Assembly: GCA_017555595.1 (NCBI GenBank)
Contig: JAFZGC010000067.1
Span: forward strand, 514 to 64,513
From: Paludibacteraceae bacterium
Lineage (GTDB): Bacteria > Bacteroidota > Bacteroidia > Bacteroidales > Paludibacteraceae
Direction of reading: 5' to 3'
DNA length: 64,000 nucleotides
This document shows, one piece after another, positions 41,702-54,072 of the stretch. Position 1 is the stretch's first letter. Each line of letters opens with the position of its first letter. The translations under genes and the position numbers were made by a program. Under the pieces are notes generated by a model, which was given only the letters and a program-made list of their open reading frames with translations, did not search any database and was not told where the DNA came from.

Positions 41702-42218
41702 TGTATTAATTCATCCATTGTATCCACGAATCGTGGTGCATATTGCTCCTCTTGTGGCAGGAATGCAAGCTGGCGCATGTGCTCTACCTGAAACTTGAGT
41801 CCTGCGTAGAACCCTTTGTAGTTCAGCACGAAGCAGGGTTTTCTATGTTCATCCACTGTGCCACTCGCCACCACGTCCATCATCTCGTCTAAGGTGCCGT
41901 AGCTGCCAGGCAAGCAAACAAAACAATCAGCCAACTCCTTCATCTTCTGCTTGCGTTCGCACATATTGTTTACCACATAGAGCGTATCACAATTATCTGC
42001 CATGCGCTTGGCTTGGATGATGCGTTGCGGAATAACACCTTCTACGACGCCTCCTGCTGCTTTTGCCGCATTACTCACGCGGGTCATCAGTCCGCCTGTA
42101 GCTCCGCCATATACGAGTGTGTGCCCAGCCTCAGCAATCCACTTGCCAAGCGTATCCCCCAAGGACAGATACTCCTCGGGGATACGATCCTTCGCACTAC
42201 AATATACTGCTATCTTCA

Positions 42219-42219
<1 letters not shown>
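41671..42219 (-). CDS. LOG family (lysine-decarboxylase-like / nucleotide phosphoribohydrolase) protein
   Basis: 182 aa with VYGGATGGLM and PGSYGTLDEM motifs. Confidence 0.85.
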
Positions 42220-44441
<2,222 letters not shown>

Positions 44442-44571
44442 TTATTGTGATTTCACTAGGATTTTCACTAGAATGCAGCCATAAATCTTTAGTGATTTAT
44501 TAGTTATTCTTTAGTTATTCAGCAACTTTCACTATAGGATGGATTGTAAATGCCCGCTGCGGGCAGATAAA

Positions 44572-45782
44572 TTACTCCACTTGCAAGACCAATCCTTTAA
44601 GGTACTCGCCCTCGGGGTGGTAGATATTGATTGGGTGGTCGGCTGGCTGGTGCAATTGGTGCAAGATACGCACCTTGCGTCCCACCTGTGCCGCAGCAGA
44701 GAAGACTGCCAAACGGAACATATCCTTATCAATCGCCTGCGAACAAGAGAAAGTGAATAAGATACCGCCCGGACGGATGGCTTGTATGCCCTTCGCATTC
44801 AAACGTTGATAGCCACGGAGTGCATTCTTAATCGCATCGCGGTGCTTAGCGAATGCTGGAGGATCTAGTACAATCAAATCGTACTTATTCTGATTCTTAG
44901 CCATAAACTCAAATGCCTCCTCAGCAAACGCCTCGTGCGGAGCATTCTTACCAAAGTTGTGCGCCACATTGCTGCGCACCAAGTCAATGGCTTTTTGGCT
45001 GACATCTACCGAGTGTACCAACTTAGCGCCACCGCGCAATGCGTAAACAGAGAACCCACCTGTATAGCAGAACATATTGAGCACCTCTTTGCCCTTAGCA
45101 TAATGCTCCAGCAACGAACGGTTGTCGCGTTGATCGATGAAGAAGCCCGTCTTCTGTCCTCGGAGCCAGTCGATACGGAAGTCCAATCCGTTCTCTTTTG
45201 CCCAGAAATCGCCGTTGAAGTCGGCTTTTTCTGCACCAATCAAGTATCCCACACGCTCGCCATCAATCTGCGCCTTGTGGGGCAAAGTATCGTCGGACTT
45301 ATAATACACCTTATCCACCTGAGGAACTACCTGCTCAATAGCCTTAGCAATCTCCAAGCGATGGTAGTGCATACCGATGGAATGGGCTTGAATAACAGCT
45401 GTATCGGCATACACATCCACAATCAAGCCAGGGAGGAAGTCACCTTCGCCATGCACAAGCCGATAAGAGTTGTTATCGGCAGCAATAAGTCCCAACGAGC
45501 AACGCACTTGATACGCCGCAGCAATACGCTCTTGCCAAAAATCCGTAGGCAACTCCCCTACTACAAAGGCTAAGATTCGCACAGCAATAGAGCCTATCTG
45601 GTAGTGACCGACACCTAAGATTTTTCCGTTGGAATCGCGCACTTGTACCACTTCTCCCTCTTGTGGTTGCGGATGTGATAGTCGGCATCGAGTTGAATAC
45701 TGCGGATAGCACCCGAGAAAACCCAAGGGTGGAAGCGAAGAAGCGACTCTTCTTTATGGGGCTTTAAATATACTGTTGTCAT
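44572..45782 (-). pseudogene. RlmI-like PUA/SAM-dependent rRNA methyltransferase, reading frame broken near the N-terminus
   Basis: The ATG at 45782 gives MTTVYLKPHKEESLLRFHPWVFSGAIRSI... in one frame. The rest (...EGEVVQVRDSNGKILGVGHY...LDPPAFAK...) is the 44572-45726 ORF in another frame. Confidence 0.7.
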
Positions 45783-45786
45783 ACTA

Positions 45787-45821
45787 GGCGAGAGGTTAGA
45801 GGTTAGAGGTTAAAGGCGGGG
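45787..45821. repeat. Five heptamers ggcgaga ggttaga ggttaga ggttaaa ggcgggg
   Basis: On the minus strand the array encodes the last residues ...PPLTSNL and the TAA stop of the exonuclease gene. It lies 4 nt upstream of the rlmI-like ATG. Confidence 0.9.
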
Positions 45822-46554
45822 TGCTTTCAGCGCACTTCTTAGCCATGGCCTCTTGTTGGCGTTGGATTTGTTTTTCCTTCTCTGCACGCTTGAGCGCTTC
45901 TAGTGCGCGCTTGGATAGCGGTTTGACCTGCTGCAATGCCAGATAGATGCTCAGCGTAGCCCATGCATCGGTGGAAGCATAGCGCGCTTGCTCGGCAGTG
46001 AGGTGGGAGTTCTCCCAGTTGGTGAGTTGTTGCGCCTTACTGATCTTCTTACCAAAGATAATGGCAAAAATCTTTTGCAATCCCAATTCCATGATACCAT
46101 ACTTGCAGACAATGGACTGCAGATCAATACAATTGGCAGGTTTGAAGTCGCGTCTGCGGCGTAGACCATTGATATCATCTTTGAAAGCAAGACCTACCTT
46201 ACAAATATCAGGATTAGCGAAGATTTGTGCGATTTCAACGGGCATTCCCACATGCGTTAGGCGGAACAGATAGCAACGCTCCAAGGTAGCAATCTGCACC
46301 AAAGCAGTAGGATAATGCACACCACGCTTGAAAGAAGGACGTGCCTCGGTATCTACACCTAAGATAGTATGCTGGCGCAGATACGCGGCAGCCTCTGCCA
46401 CCATCTCGGGCTTGTCCACCACAATCACTTCGCCTTCAAAAAACGCTATCGGCAGCGTCTGAATAATCGCCTTATCAATATGCGGTGCAAAAGTATTTGG
46501 CAAAAAACTACTCATCTGCGGATAATGATAATGCGTGTAACGGACGAAGAACAT
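45796..46554 (-). CDS. 3'-5' exonuclease (RNase D/DnaQ-like) domain protein
   Basis: ILGVDTEARPSF...ALVQIAT... is an Exo I-type motif. The probable true start is MSSFLPN at 46515. Confidence 0.8.
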   Translation of the reverse strand: MFFVRYTHYHYPQMSSFLPNTFAPHIDKAIIQTLPIAFFEGEVIVVDKPEMVAEAAAYLRQHTILGVDTEARPSFKRGVHYPTALVQIATLERCYLFRLTHVGMPVEIAQIFANPDICKVGLAFKDDINGLRRRRDFKPANCIDLQSIVCKYGIMELGLQKIFAIIFGKKISKAQQLTNWENSHLTAEQARYASTDAWATLSIYLALQQVKPLSKRALEALKRAEKEKQIQRQQEAMAKKCAESTPPLTSNL

Positions 46555-47047
46555 TCAGCAGTTTTTGTCCCCAATGTTGCTCAAAGCCTTCCAAACAATT
46601 GACGAGCGCATCGTTCATAATGGCTTCTTCGCGAGTCTGATAGTTGCATGCCAAGTCCTTGAGTTCTTGGTAAATATCTGCAATATTCTCCGAAATAAAT
46701 GCTGTGATGGGCTCGTCTGAATAACGCATATCCTCGACAAACACCTCTAAGTAGGCATCGTCTGAACCCAATTTAGCAGCTATCATCTGGCGAAGGTCCT
46801 CGTACTCTTGATCCGTCACAAAACGCTCAGGATAGCCATCCATTTCCTCGGTGGCTTTGGGTAAGAGACGCGCTTTGAGGTACAAAAGGGGCAACAAGCA
46901 AAGCATCTTCTCGATAAAATCAGACTTCTCATGCTCTGCCACTTGCTCAAGATATAAGCACAACTGCACCGCCACCGTCACAAACTCGATGACTGGCTCT
47001 TGGTAAACATAATACGTAGGGTTCGTGGACATAACTATATTTTGCAT
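46508..47047 (-). CDS. Conserved Bacteroidetes hypothetical protein (DUF5063-like)
   Basis: 179 aa, acidic and helical. The segment VIEFVTVAVQLCLYLEQ resembles that family from memory. Confidence 0.55.
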   Translation of the reverse strand: MQNIVMSTNPTYYVYQEPVIEFVTVAVQLCLYLEQVAEHEKSDFIEKMLCLLPLLYLKARLLPKATEEMDGYPERFVTDQEYEDLRQMIAAKLGSDDAYLEVFVEDMRYSDEPITAFISENIADIYQELKDLACNYQTREEAIMNDALVNCLEGFEQHWGQKLLNVLRPLHALSLSADE

Positions 47048-47057
47048 AAATTATTTG

Positions 47058-47065
47058 CAAAGGTA
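47058..47065 (-). promoter_or_regulatory. -7 box TACCTTTG for the DUF5063-like/exonuclease operon
   Basis: caaaggta on the plus strand, just upstream of the ATGs at 47047 and 47032. Confidence 0.6.
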
Positions 47066-47097
47066 CGATTTTTTTTTGACATATGAAAAAAAAATAG

Positions 47098-47105
47098 TAA
47101 TTTTG
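47098..47105 (+). promoter_or_regulatory. -7 box TAATTTTG upstream of upp
   Basis: taattttg, 28 nt before the ATG at 47133. Confidence 0.55.
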
Positions 47106-47132
47106 CACGAATTTTTAACACCACATACCAAA

Positions 47133-47795
47133 ATGAAAGTAATCAATCTATCCGAGCAACCATCTTTGCTCAACCAATACATCAAAGAGCTACGTAGTGT
47201 GACTATTCAGAAAGATAGCATGCGCTTTCGCCGCAATATCGAACGAATAGGAGAGATGATGGCTATGGAAATTAGCAAACATCTTACCTATGCCACAGAG
47301 GAAGTACAAACACCATTGGCAATTGCCAAGATGCAAGTACCACAAGACAAGGTAGTATTAGGTACATTGTTGCGTGCAGGTTTGCCTATGCATCAGGGTT
47401 TCTTGAATATGTTTGATCAAGCAGAGAATGCCTTTATTAGTGCTTACCGCCAAGAGACTATCTGTAGAAGAGGTGAGATGCATATTGATATTGTATCAGA
47501 ATATTTAGCAGCTCCCAATATTGATGGAAAGACATTGATTTTGGTGGATCCAATGTTAGCAACTGGCTTATCAATGGAGGTTGCCTACAAGGCACTACTC
47601 AGTCATGGTACTCCCAAAAATGTCCATGTAGCTTGTCTGTTCGGTACTCCTCAAGCAATCAATCATCTATCAGAAACAATGCCAGAGGATGCTACATTGT
47701 GGTGTGCTGTAGTGGACCCAATGTTGAACGAAAAGAAATATATTGTTCCTGGTTTAGGTGACGCAGGCGACCTATGCTTTGGCGAAAAGCTCTAA
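47133..47795 (+). CDS. upp: Uracil phosphoribosyltransferase
   Basis: MKVINLSEQPSLLNQYIKELR... with the PRPP-binding loop LILVDPMLATG. The start was trimmed to follow the promoter box. Confidence 0.85.
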   Translation: MKVINLSEQPSLLNQYIKELRSVTIQKDSMRFRRNIERIGEMMAMEISKHLTYATEEVQTPLAIAKMQVPQDKVVLGTLLRAGLPMHQGFLNMFDQAENAFISAYRQETICRRGEMHIDIVSEYLAAPNIDGKTLILVDPMLATGLSMEVAYKALLSHGTPKNVHVACLFGTPQAINHLSETMPEDATLWCAVVDPMLNEKKYIVPGLGDAGDLCFGEKL

Positions 47796-48160
47796 CATAC
47801 TGGCGTAGCCTAGCAGTAGCGTTCGCAATCGCATACGCGTGTCTGCTGCGTGAGCCATCATACAGATTACCTCAAATAGAACATGGTGACAAATGGGCGC
47901 ACTGGTTGGCGTTCATGGTATTAACATTGGTGGTGTTATGGGATAGCAAGAAAGCAAATTTGCAATCTTGGGAAATGTGGCTATTAGCAATAGTATTTCC
48001 TGCTTTTTATGGCGGTTTTATCGAGCTATTGCAAGAGCGATACTTCTACCCCCGCACAGGTGACTGGGCGGATTGGCTGGCAGATTGTATTGGCATACTG
48101 ATCGGTATAGCTGTGTGGGTGATTGGGCAAAAATGGCATGAGAGAAGAGTGGATAAATAG
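47774..48160 (+). CDS. VanZ-like membrane protein
   Basis: 128 aa with four TM segments, DKWAHWLAF and ADWLADCIG. Confidence 0.65.
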   Translation: MLWRKALTYWRSLAVAFAIAYACLLREPSYRLPQIEHGDKWAHWLAFMVLTLVVLWDSKKANLQSWEMWLLAIVFPAFYGGFIELLQERYFYPRTGDWADWLADCIGILIGIAVWVIGQKWHERRVDK

Positions 48161-49211
48161 AATAGCAATAGCATGGAGTAACCGCACGCGTCAGCGACAG
48201 TTGCGCAACGTATTGGATCAGTACGGTAGTGCCTTGGAAGCTGTTGCTCGTCATCCCGATATGATAAGCCGTGATGCTATAGAGCATGCACGCAGAGAAC
48301 TCGATTTTATCGAAAAACATCGTATCCAGCTCTACTACTACAAAGATGATAACTACCCATATCGCTTAGCACAATGTACTGATGCTCCAATTGTATTGTA
48401 TGCAAAAGGAGACATGGATATCAACCCTAAGCGCGTGGTAAGTATAGTGGGCACACGTATGCCCAGCGAAAGAGGGAAAGATTGGTGCAAGCAATTTGTA
48501 TTAGATCTGACAACGCAAGTACCAGATGTAACCATTGTGAGTGGCTTGGCTTATGGCATAGATGTGGTAGCACACAGAGCAGCAATAGATACTGGAGTAC
48601 CTACAATCATCATCCCTGCGCACGGATTAGATAGAATTTACCCTGCCGCGCATCGTAATGTGGCTGTAGAAGCGTTGAATAACGGAGGAATAGTGACAGA
48701 ATATACTACAGGCACCGAGCCAGAACGGTATAATTTTGTCGCCCGCAACCGCATCATTGCAGGCATGGCAGATGCCGTTGTAATTGTAGAGTCAAAAACC
48801 AAAGGTGGCTCACTGATTACTGCGCAGATGGCACAAGACTATAGTCGCGATGTATTTGCGCTGCCAGGACGATTTAATGACAATAATTCAACAGGGTGTA
48901 ACGATTTGATAAAAATGCAACGGGCGCAATTGATCACTTCGGCAGAAGATTTGACGCATGCTATGCAATGGCAAACTGAAAGCAAACAACCTGCCCAAAC
49001 AGTGATGGTGGAACTCTTGCATGATTTGACCGATTTGCAGCGTCAGTTGTGGGAGAAATTGAGCGTAACAGAAGACGGATGGCATGTGAACCAATTAGTA
49101 ATGGAATTGCAACTACCCTATAATGAAGTGGCTGCCGAACTGATGATGATGGAACTAAATGGACTAGTGAAAGGACTACCAGGAGGCGTTTGGCGTAGGG
49201 TGGAAAGATGA
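48123..49211 (+). CDS. dprA: DNA-processing protein DprA (Smf)
   Basis: 362 aa with SIVGTR, SGLAYGIDVVAHRAA and GGSLITAQMA. Confidence 0.9.
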   Translation: MGKNGMREEWINRIAIAWSNRTRQRQLRNVLDQYGSALEAVARHPDMISRDAIEHARRELDFIEKHRIQLYYYKDDNYPYRLAQCTDAPIVLYAKGDMDINPKRVVSIVGTRMPSERGKDWCKQFVLDLTTQVPDVTIVSGLAYGIDVVAHRAAIDTGVPTIIIPAHGLDRIYPAAHRNVAVEALNNGGIVTEYTTGTEPERYNFVARNRIIAGMADAVVIVESKTKGGSLITAQMAQDYSRDVFALPGRFNDNNSTGCNDLIKMQRAQLITSAEDLTHAMQWQTESKQPAQTVMVELLHDLTDLQRQLWEKLSVTEDGWHVNQLVMELQLPYNEVAAELMMMELNGLVKGLPGGVWRRVER

Positions 49212-49260
49212 AATTCGCTAAAAAAATGATTAAAAACTTGCGTATTTGCGAAGTTTTTTG

Positions 49261-49268
49261 TACCTTTG
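49261..49268 (+). promoter_or_regulatory. -7 box TACCTTTG upstream of the small membrane protein and folB
   Basis: tacctttg, 35 nt before the ATG at 49303. Confidence 0.6.
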
Positions 49269-49302
49269 CGGCGCAATCTATGAAACAACAAAAATAAAAT
49301 AT

Positions 49303-49470
49303 ATGAATACTTTATTGAAAAACTTAGGCGCAATCCTTGTGTTGCTCGGCGTAATTTGCTTAGCCGTGTATTATTTTGGTATGCAAGTCAATGGTCTATT
49401 AGTAGCAGCATTGGCTCTTGAGGTAGTAGGTGTATTATCTTACATCCTTCTTAATAAGCGTTTAGGATAA
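49303..49470 (+). CDS. Small two-helix membrane protein (55 aa)
   Basis: MNTLLKNLGAILVLLGVICLAVYYFGMQVNGLLVAALALEVVGVLSYILLNKRLG. The start was placed after the promoter box. Confidence 0.5.
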   Translation: MNTLLKNLGAILVLLGVICLAVYYFGMQVNGLLVAALALEVVGVLSYILLNKRLG

Positions 49471-49472
49471 TT

Positions 49473-49814
49473 GTGATAATCCGTCTTCGCGACATCCAGT
49501 GCTATGCTTATCACGGCGTACTGGAAGAGGAGAAGCAGAAGGGCAACACCTTTCTCGTGGATGTAAGCATCACGGTAGATGACCCACAGGGCATGCCTTC
49601 GGACGATATCCAAGATACCTTGGATTATCGTTGTGTTTGTGCAATAGTGAAACAGGAGATGCAACAACCATCCGACTTGCTGGAGCATGTGGCATGGCGT
49701 ATCAAACATGCATTGGAAGAGTCATTTCCGCAGGCTCGCGATGTGGCAGTAAAAGTGGCAAAGCAAGCACCACCATTGGATTTGCCTGTAGCATGGGCAG
49801 AGGTAGAGATTTAG
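49473..49814 (+). CDS. folB: Dihydroneopterin aldolase
   Basis: 113 aa with a GTG start. ...CYAYHGVLEEEKQKGNTFLVDV... is FolB-like. Confidence 0.8.
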   Translation: MIIRLRDIQCYAYHGVLEEEKQKGNTFLVDVSITVDDPQGMPSDDIQDTLDYRCVCAIVKQEMQQPSDLLEHVAWRIKHALEESFPQARDVAVKVAKQAPPLDLPVAWAEVEI

Positions 49815-49836
49815 ATCAGAGTTTAGTAACAAGACT

Positions 49837-52464
49837 ATGGCAGAGCATAACGACTCAGTGAAACAACATTTGACAGGCATGTACCAAGACTGGTTCTTGG
49901 ACTATGCTTCGTACGTCATATTGGAACGTGCCGTCCCTGCAATCGAGGATGGTCTGAAGCCTGTGCAGCGTCGTATTCTGCATGCGATGAAGGGTGTAGA
50001 TGATGGCAAGTACAACAAAGTTGCCAATATTGTGGGTCAAACCATGCAGTATCACCCTCACGGTGATGCTAGTATTGGTGATGCGTTGGTACAGCTCGGC
50101 CAAAAGAACCTTCTCATCGACTGCCAAGGAAACTGGGGTAACACTCTCACGGGTGATGGTGCTGCGGCACCTCGTTATATTGAGGCGAGGTTGAGCAAGT
50201 TTGCATTGGACACAGTCTTCAATCCTAAGACTACCCAATGGATGATGTCTTACGATGGTCGCAAGAAGGAGCCAATCCATTTGCCCATCAAGTTCCCATT
50301 GCTGCTTACACAGGGTGTAGAGGGTATCGCCGTAGGTCTCAACTCGAAGATTCTTCCTCATAACTTCTGCGAGATTTGTGATGCTGCATTGGCGTATTTG
50401 CGTGGTGAAGAGTTTCAGCTATACCCAGATTTCCCAACAGGTGGCGAGATTGACGTGAGTCGCTACAACGATGGCGAGCGCGGTGGTGCTGTACGTATTC
50501 GTGCGAAGATTCAGAAGTCAGATGACAACAAAACGCTGATCATCACCGAGATTCCGTTTGGCACTACCACCACCAAGATCATCGAGACTATCATGCGCGC
50601 TGTGCAGAAAGGCAAGATCAAGGTGCGCAAGGTAGATGATTTCACGGCAGAAGAGGCACGTATCGAAGTGCAATTGGCGCCAGGTAGTTCGTCCGATAAG
50701 ACCATCGACGCACTCTATGCCTTCACCGATTGCGAGGTGAACATTTCGCCTAACTGCTGCGTGGTGCAAGAGAAAAAACCTATCTTCACCACGGTGAGCG
50801 ATCTGCTTCGTATGTCCGTTGAGCATACCAAATCGCTGTTAAAGTGGGAGTTAGAGATTGCAAAAGCCGAATTGGAGGAGCAATACTTCTTCACTTCACT
50901 AGAGAAGATCTTTATTGAGAATCGCATATATAAGGAAAAGGGTTACGAAGAGGCGCCTGACAAAGAGAAGCTGATTGCTTTTGTGGACAAGGCCCTTGAT
51001 CCTTGGAAAGAGAAACTGATTCGTGAGGTACGTCGCGAAGATATTGAGCGATTGTTTGAGATTCGCATGATCCGTATCACTCGTTTTGATTCAAAGAAGG
51101 CGGATGAACTGATGCGCGAATTGGATAAGAAGATCAAAGCTACTATCAAGAATCTCAAGAACCTCAATGACTATACCATTGCTTGGTTTGACTCATTGAA
51201 GAGCAAGTATGGCCATCTCTATCCACGCCGCACGGAGGTACGTAACTTTGCAAATATCAATATCAAGACAGTCGTTGAAGCCAACGAAAAGTTGTATATC
51301 AACCGCGCTGATGGCTTTATAGGTACTGGTCTGAAGAAAGATGAATTCCTATTCAACTGTTCGGACATAGATGAGGTGATTATCTTCCACAAAGACGGTA
51401 AGTATAAGATTGTGAAGGTAGCAGATAAGGTGTTTGTTGGAACAGACATTATCCATATCGATATCTTCCGCAAGAATGACCATCGTACCATCTACAATGC
51501 TATCTATCGTGATGGTAAGAAGGGTATCTACTATATGAAGCGTTTCGCGGTTACTGGTGTAGCTCGCGACAAAGAATACGATCTCACTCAAGGCAAACCA
51601 GGTTCGCGCGTGATGTACTTCACCGCTAACCCAAATGGTGAGGCAGAGGTGATTAAGATTCAACTCAAACCTGCATTGCATCTTAAGAAAATGGAGGTAA
51701 TCAAAGACTTGAGCGAACTGGCCATCAAGAGCCGTACCGCACGAGGCAATGTGCTGACCAAGTACGAGGTGAAGTCTATCACCTTGAAGCAAAAAGGTCA
51801 CTCTACCTTGGGTGGTCGCAAGGTGTGGTTCGATCCAGACGTATTGCGTTTGAATTATGATGGACAAGGCATGTATTTGGGCGAGTTTACAGATGATGAT
51901 CGTATCTTGGTGATTACCAATAATGGTGGCTACTACCTTACGAACTTTGATTTGACAGCGCACTTTGATCAGAATATCTGGCGTATTGAGAAGTTCGATA
52001 GCGAGAAAGTATGGTCACTCGCCATGTGGAATGCCGATTTGGGATATTACTACGGCAAGCGTTTCCAACTGGATGCGCAAGCGAAGTTGCAGAATATGTT
52101 GGGTGAGAATAGCGATAGTAAGATGACTATTCTTACTGACCGCGAGGAAGCTATATTCCGTATCACTTTCGTGGATGAGACCAAACTGCCTTTGGAGGTA
52201 AATATGTCCGAATTTATCGAGGCAAAATCGCCAAAAGCCAAAGGCAAACGTTTTTCTACCTTGGATATCGCCAAGATTGAGGATATCACTCCAGAGCCAG
52301 AAGTAATAGAGGAGATAGACGAAGAAGGTGAGAACGAAGCGATCGAGGAAACTACGGAAGACAATAATGCAACAGAAGCACAAACGGTAGATGTTCCATT
52401 CACTATCACCAACGAAGTGCCCGAGGATAGCAAACCCGTAGATGAACAACTGAGTTTGTTCTAA
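49837..52464 (+). CDS. parC: DNA topoisomerase IV subunit A
   Basis: 875 aa. WFLDYASYVILERAVPAIEDGLKPVQRRILHAM is the Bacteroidetes ParC-type N-terminus. The C-terminal tail is acidic. Confidence 0.88.
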   Translation: MAEHNDSVKQHLTGMYQDWFLDYASYVILERAVPAIEDGLKPVQRRILHAMKGVDDGKYNKVANIVGQTMQYHPHGDASIGDALVQLGQKNLLIDCQGNWGNTLTGDGAAAPRYIEARLSKFALDTVFNPKTTQWMMSYDGRKKEPIHLPIKFPLLLTQGVEGIAVGLNSKILPHNFCEICDAALAYLRGEEFQLYPDFPTGGEIDVSRYNDGERGGAVRIRAKIQKSDDNKTLIITEIPFGTTTTKIIETIMRAVQKGKIKVRKVDDFTAEEARIEVQLAPGSSSDKTIDALYAFTDCEVNISPNCCVVQEKKPIFTTVSDLLRMSVEHTKSLLKWELEIAKAELEEQYFFTSLEKIFIENRIYKEKGYEEAPDKEKLIAFVDKALDPWKEKLIREVRREDIERLFEIRMIRITRFDSKKADELMRELDKKIKATIKNLKNLNDYTIAWFDSLKSKYGHLYPRRTEVRNFANINIKTVVEANEKLYINRADGFIGTGLKKDEFLFNCSDIDEVIIFHKDGKYKIVKVADKVFVGTDIIHIDIFRKNDHRTIYNAIYRDGKKGIYYMKRFAVTGVARDKEYDLTQGKPGSRVMYFTANPNGEAEVIKIQLKPALHLKKMEVIKDLSELAIKSRTARGNVLTKYEVKSITLKQKGHSTLGGRKVWFDPDVLRLNYDGQGMYLGEFTDDDRILVITNNGGYYLTNFDLTAHFDQNIWRIEKFDSEKVWSLAMWNADLGYYYGKRFQLDAQAKLQNMLGENSDSKMTILTDREEAIFRITFVDETKLPLEVNMSEFIEAKSPKAKGKRFSTLDIAKIEDITPEPEVIEEIDEEGENEAIEETTEDNNATEAQTVDVPFTITNEVPEDSKPVDEQLSLF

Positions 52465-52575
52465 GGAAAAGCAAATTGTCAAAAGACCCCTGCTTTTCCC
52501 TTGTAAATCTTAGGTTATTTATAGGTTTTTATCACTAGTGTCCAAACGTATTAAATAAAAATTCTTTGAAAACCT

Positions 52576-52622
52576 CTCACCTCGCTACAATTGCATTTAA
52601 GTAGCGGGGTGAGTTTTTCTTT
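52576..52622 (+). terminator. Strong terminator after parC
   Basis: A 13-bp stem, ctcacctcgctac paired with gtagcggggtgag, followed by tttttctttt. Confidence 0.8.
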
Positions 52623-52658
52623 TCTATTTCTTCTCGCGGAGTTCTATAACCGCCACGA

Positions 52659-52702
52659 ATTGTGTGGTTATTGTCTGGTAATAGTGTGGTTATTGTGTGG
52701 TG
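52659..52702. repeat. 11-mer array attgtgtggtt attgtctggta atagtgtggtt attgtgtggtg (downstream flank of asd)
   Basis: Exact 11-bp phasing over four units. Confidence 0.9.
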
Positions 52703-52723
52703 CGAGTGAGAACCCTCAAGGAA

Positions 52724-53749
52724 TTATTTCTTGGCGAGGATCTTCTCGGCAATCTGCACTGCATTGAGGGCAGCACCTTTGCGGATTTGATCGCCAACAC
52801 ACCAGAAAGTAATACCATTCTCATTCGCCAAATCCTTGCGAATGCGACCCACATACACGTCGTCTGTACCGCTGAGGTAGAGAGGCATTGGATAAGGGAA
52901 TGTACCGCTAGACTTGGTTGGATCATCCATCACTTGTACGCCTTCGGCATGAGAGAGGGCTTCGCGAACTTGCTGTGGAGTAAGTGGCTCTGCAGTCTCT
53001 ACCCAAATAGCTTCAGAGTGCGCACGCAAGGAAGGTACACGCACGCAAGTAGCCGACACAGCAATGTCGGAGTGCATGATCTTGCGGGTCTCGTGGTACA
53101 TCTTCAATTCCTCTTTGGTATAGTCGTCATCGCCAAAGACATCAATCTGTGGGATGAGGTTATATGCGAGTTGATAAGCGAACTTATTGTGTGTTACCTC
53201 CTCGCCATTAAGGGCTTGGCGGTATTGATCTTCGAGCTCAGCCATAGCTGAAGCACCTGCACCAGAGGCTGATTGGTAAGAAGAAACGTGTACGCGCTTG
53301 ATATGTGAGAGTTCCTCGATCGCTTTCAAGCAAACAGCCATGATGATGGTAGTACAGTTTGGGTTGGCGATGATACGTTTGCCACCCTCTTGGAGCGCCT
53401 CGGCGATGTCGTCGGAGTTGAGTTCTGGAACTACCAAAGGCACTTCGTTGTCCATGCGGAAGGCAGACGAGTTGTCAATCATGATGGCACCGTGACGGGT
53501 GATATCCTCTGCATATTCCTTGGATACAGAGCCGCCTGCGGATACAAAGGCGATGTCAATGCCCTTGAATAAGTCGCCATGTTGAAGCAGTTCTACGGTA
53601 TATTCCTTGCCGCAGAAAGTATATGTGGAGCCCGCAGAACGTGCGGAACCGAAAAGTCGGAGAGATGTGATTGGGAATTGGCGCTCAGCCAAAATCTTGA
53701 GAAGCTCTTGTCCTACGGCGCCTGATGCGCCCACGATAGCTATATTCAT
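52724..53749 (-). CDS. asd: Aspartate-semialdehyde dehydrogenase
   Basis: 341 aa with [20 protein letters not shown] and ANPNCTTI. Confidence 0.93.
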   Translation of the reverse strand: MNIAIVGASGAVGQELLKILAERQFPITSLRLFGSARSAGSTYTFCGKEYTVELLQHGDLFKGIDIAFVSAGGSVSKEYAEDITRHGAIMIDNSSAFRMDNEVPLVVPELNSDDIAEALQEGGKRIIANPNCTTIIMAVCLKAIEELSHIKRVHVSSYQSASGAGASAMAELEDQYRQALNGEEVTHNKFAYQLAYNLIPQIDVFGDDDYTKEELKMYHETRKIMHSDIAVSATCVRVPSLRAHSEAIWVETAEPLTPQQVREALSHAEGVQVMDDPTKSSGTFPYPMPLYLSGTDDVYVGRIRKDLANENGITFWCVGDQIRKGAALNAVQIAEKILAKK

Positions 53750-53758
53750 AGTAGTCGA

Positions 53759-53810
53759 ATTGTGCGTCTATTGTCCGTCTATTGTGTGTGAATAGTGCGT
53801 TATTGATAGG
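53759..53810. repeat. 11-mer array attgtgcgtct attgtccgtct attgtgtgtga atagtgcgtt attgatagg (upstream flank of asd)
   Basis: The motif family and orientation are the same as 52659-52702. Confidence 0.9.
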
Positions 53811-53856
53811 TAAAACAGGGTTGTCTGACATGTGTCAAACAACCCTATCGTAGTAC

Positions 53857-54051
53857 TTAGAGAAGTGTGATAGTTAAATCTTCACCCTCTGTGAAAGATA
53901 CTTTACCCTCGCGAGCCAACCAGCCCAAAGCAAGATAAAGTTCGTCGTTTTTCAATTTTGTAGCTTTCTTCAAAGCTTTGAGCGTGAGAGCACCACCTTG
54001 TAATGCATTCCAGATTAAACCTGCGTTCTCACCAATTTTAGTTGTAATCAT
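53857..54051 (-). CDS. Small winged-helix protein (DUF2582-like)
   Basis: 64 aa, MITTKIGENAGLIWNALQGG...LALGWLAREGKV. Confidence 0.6.
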   Translation of the reverse strand: MITTKIGENAGLIWNALQGGALTLKALKKATKLKNDELYLALGWLAREGKVSFTEGEDLTITLL

Positions 54052-54072
54052 AATACCTTAAAAATAAAACAG

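Noticed and set aside
44935-45573. 212-aa plus-strand ORF
   Set aside because: It is antisense to the RlmI-like methyltransferase gene.
49855-52482. Several 60-200-aa minus-strand ORFs inside parC (49855-50361, 51349-51963, 52015-52482 and others)
   Set aside because: They are shadow ORFs antisense to parC with no recognisable content.
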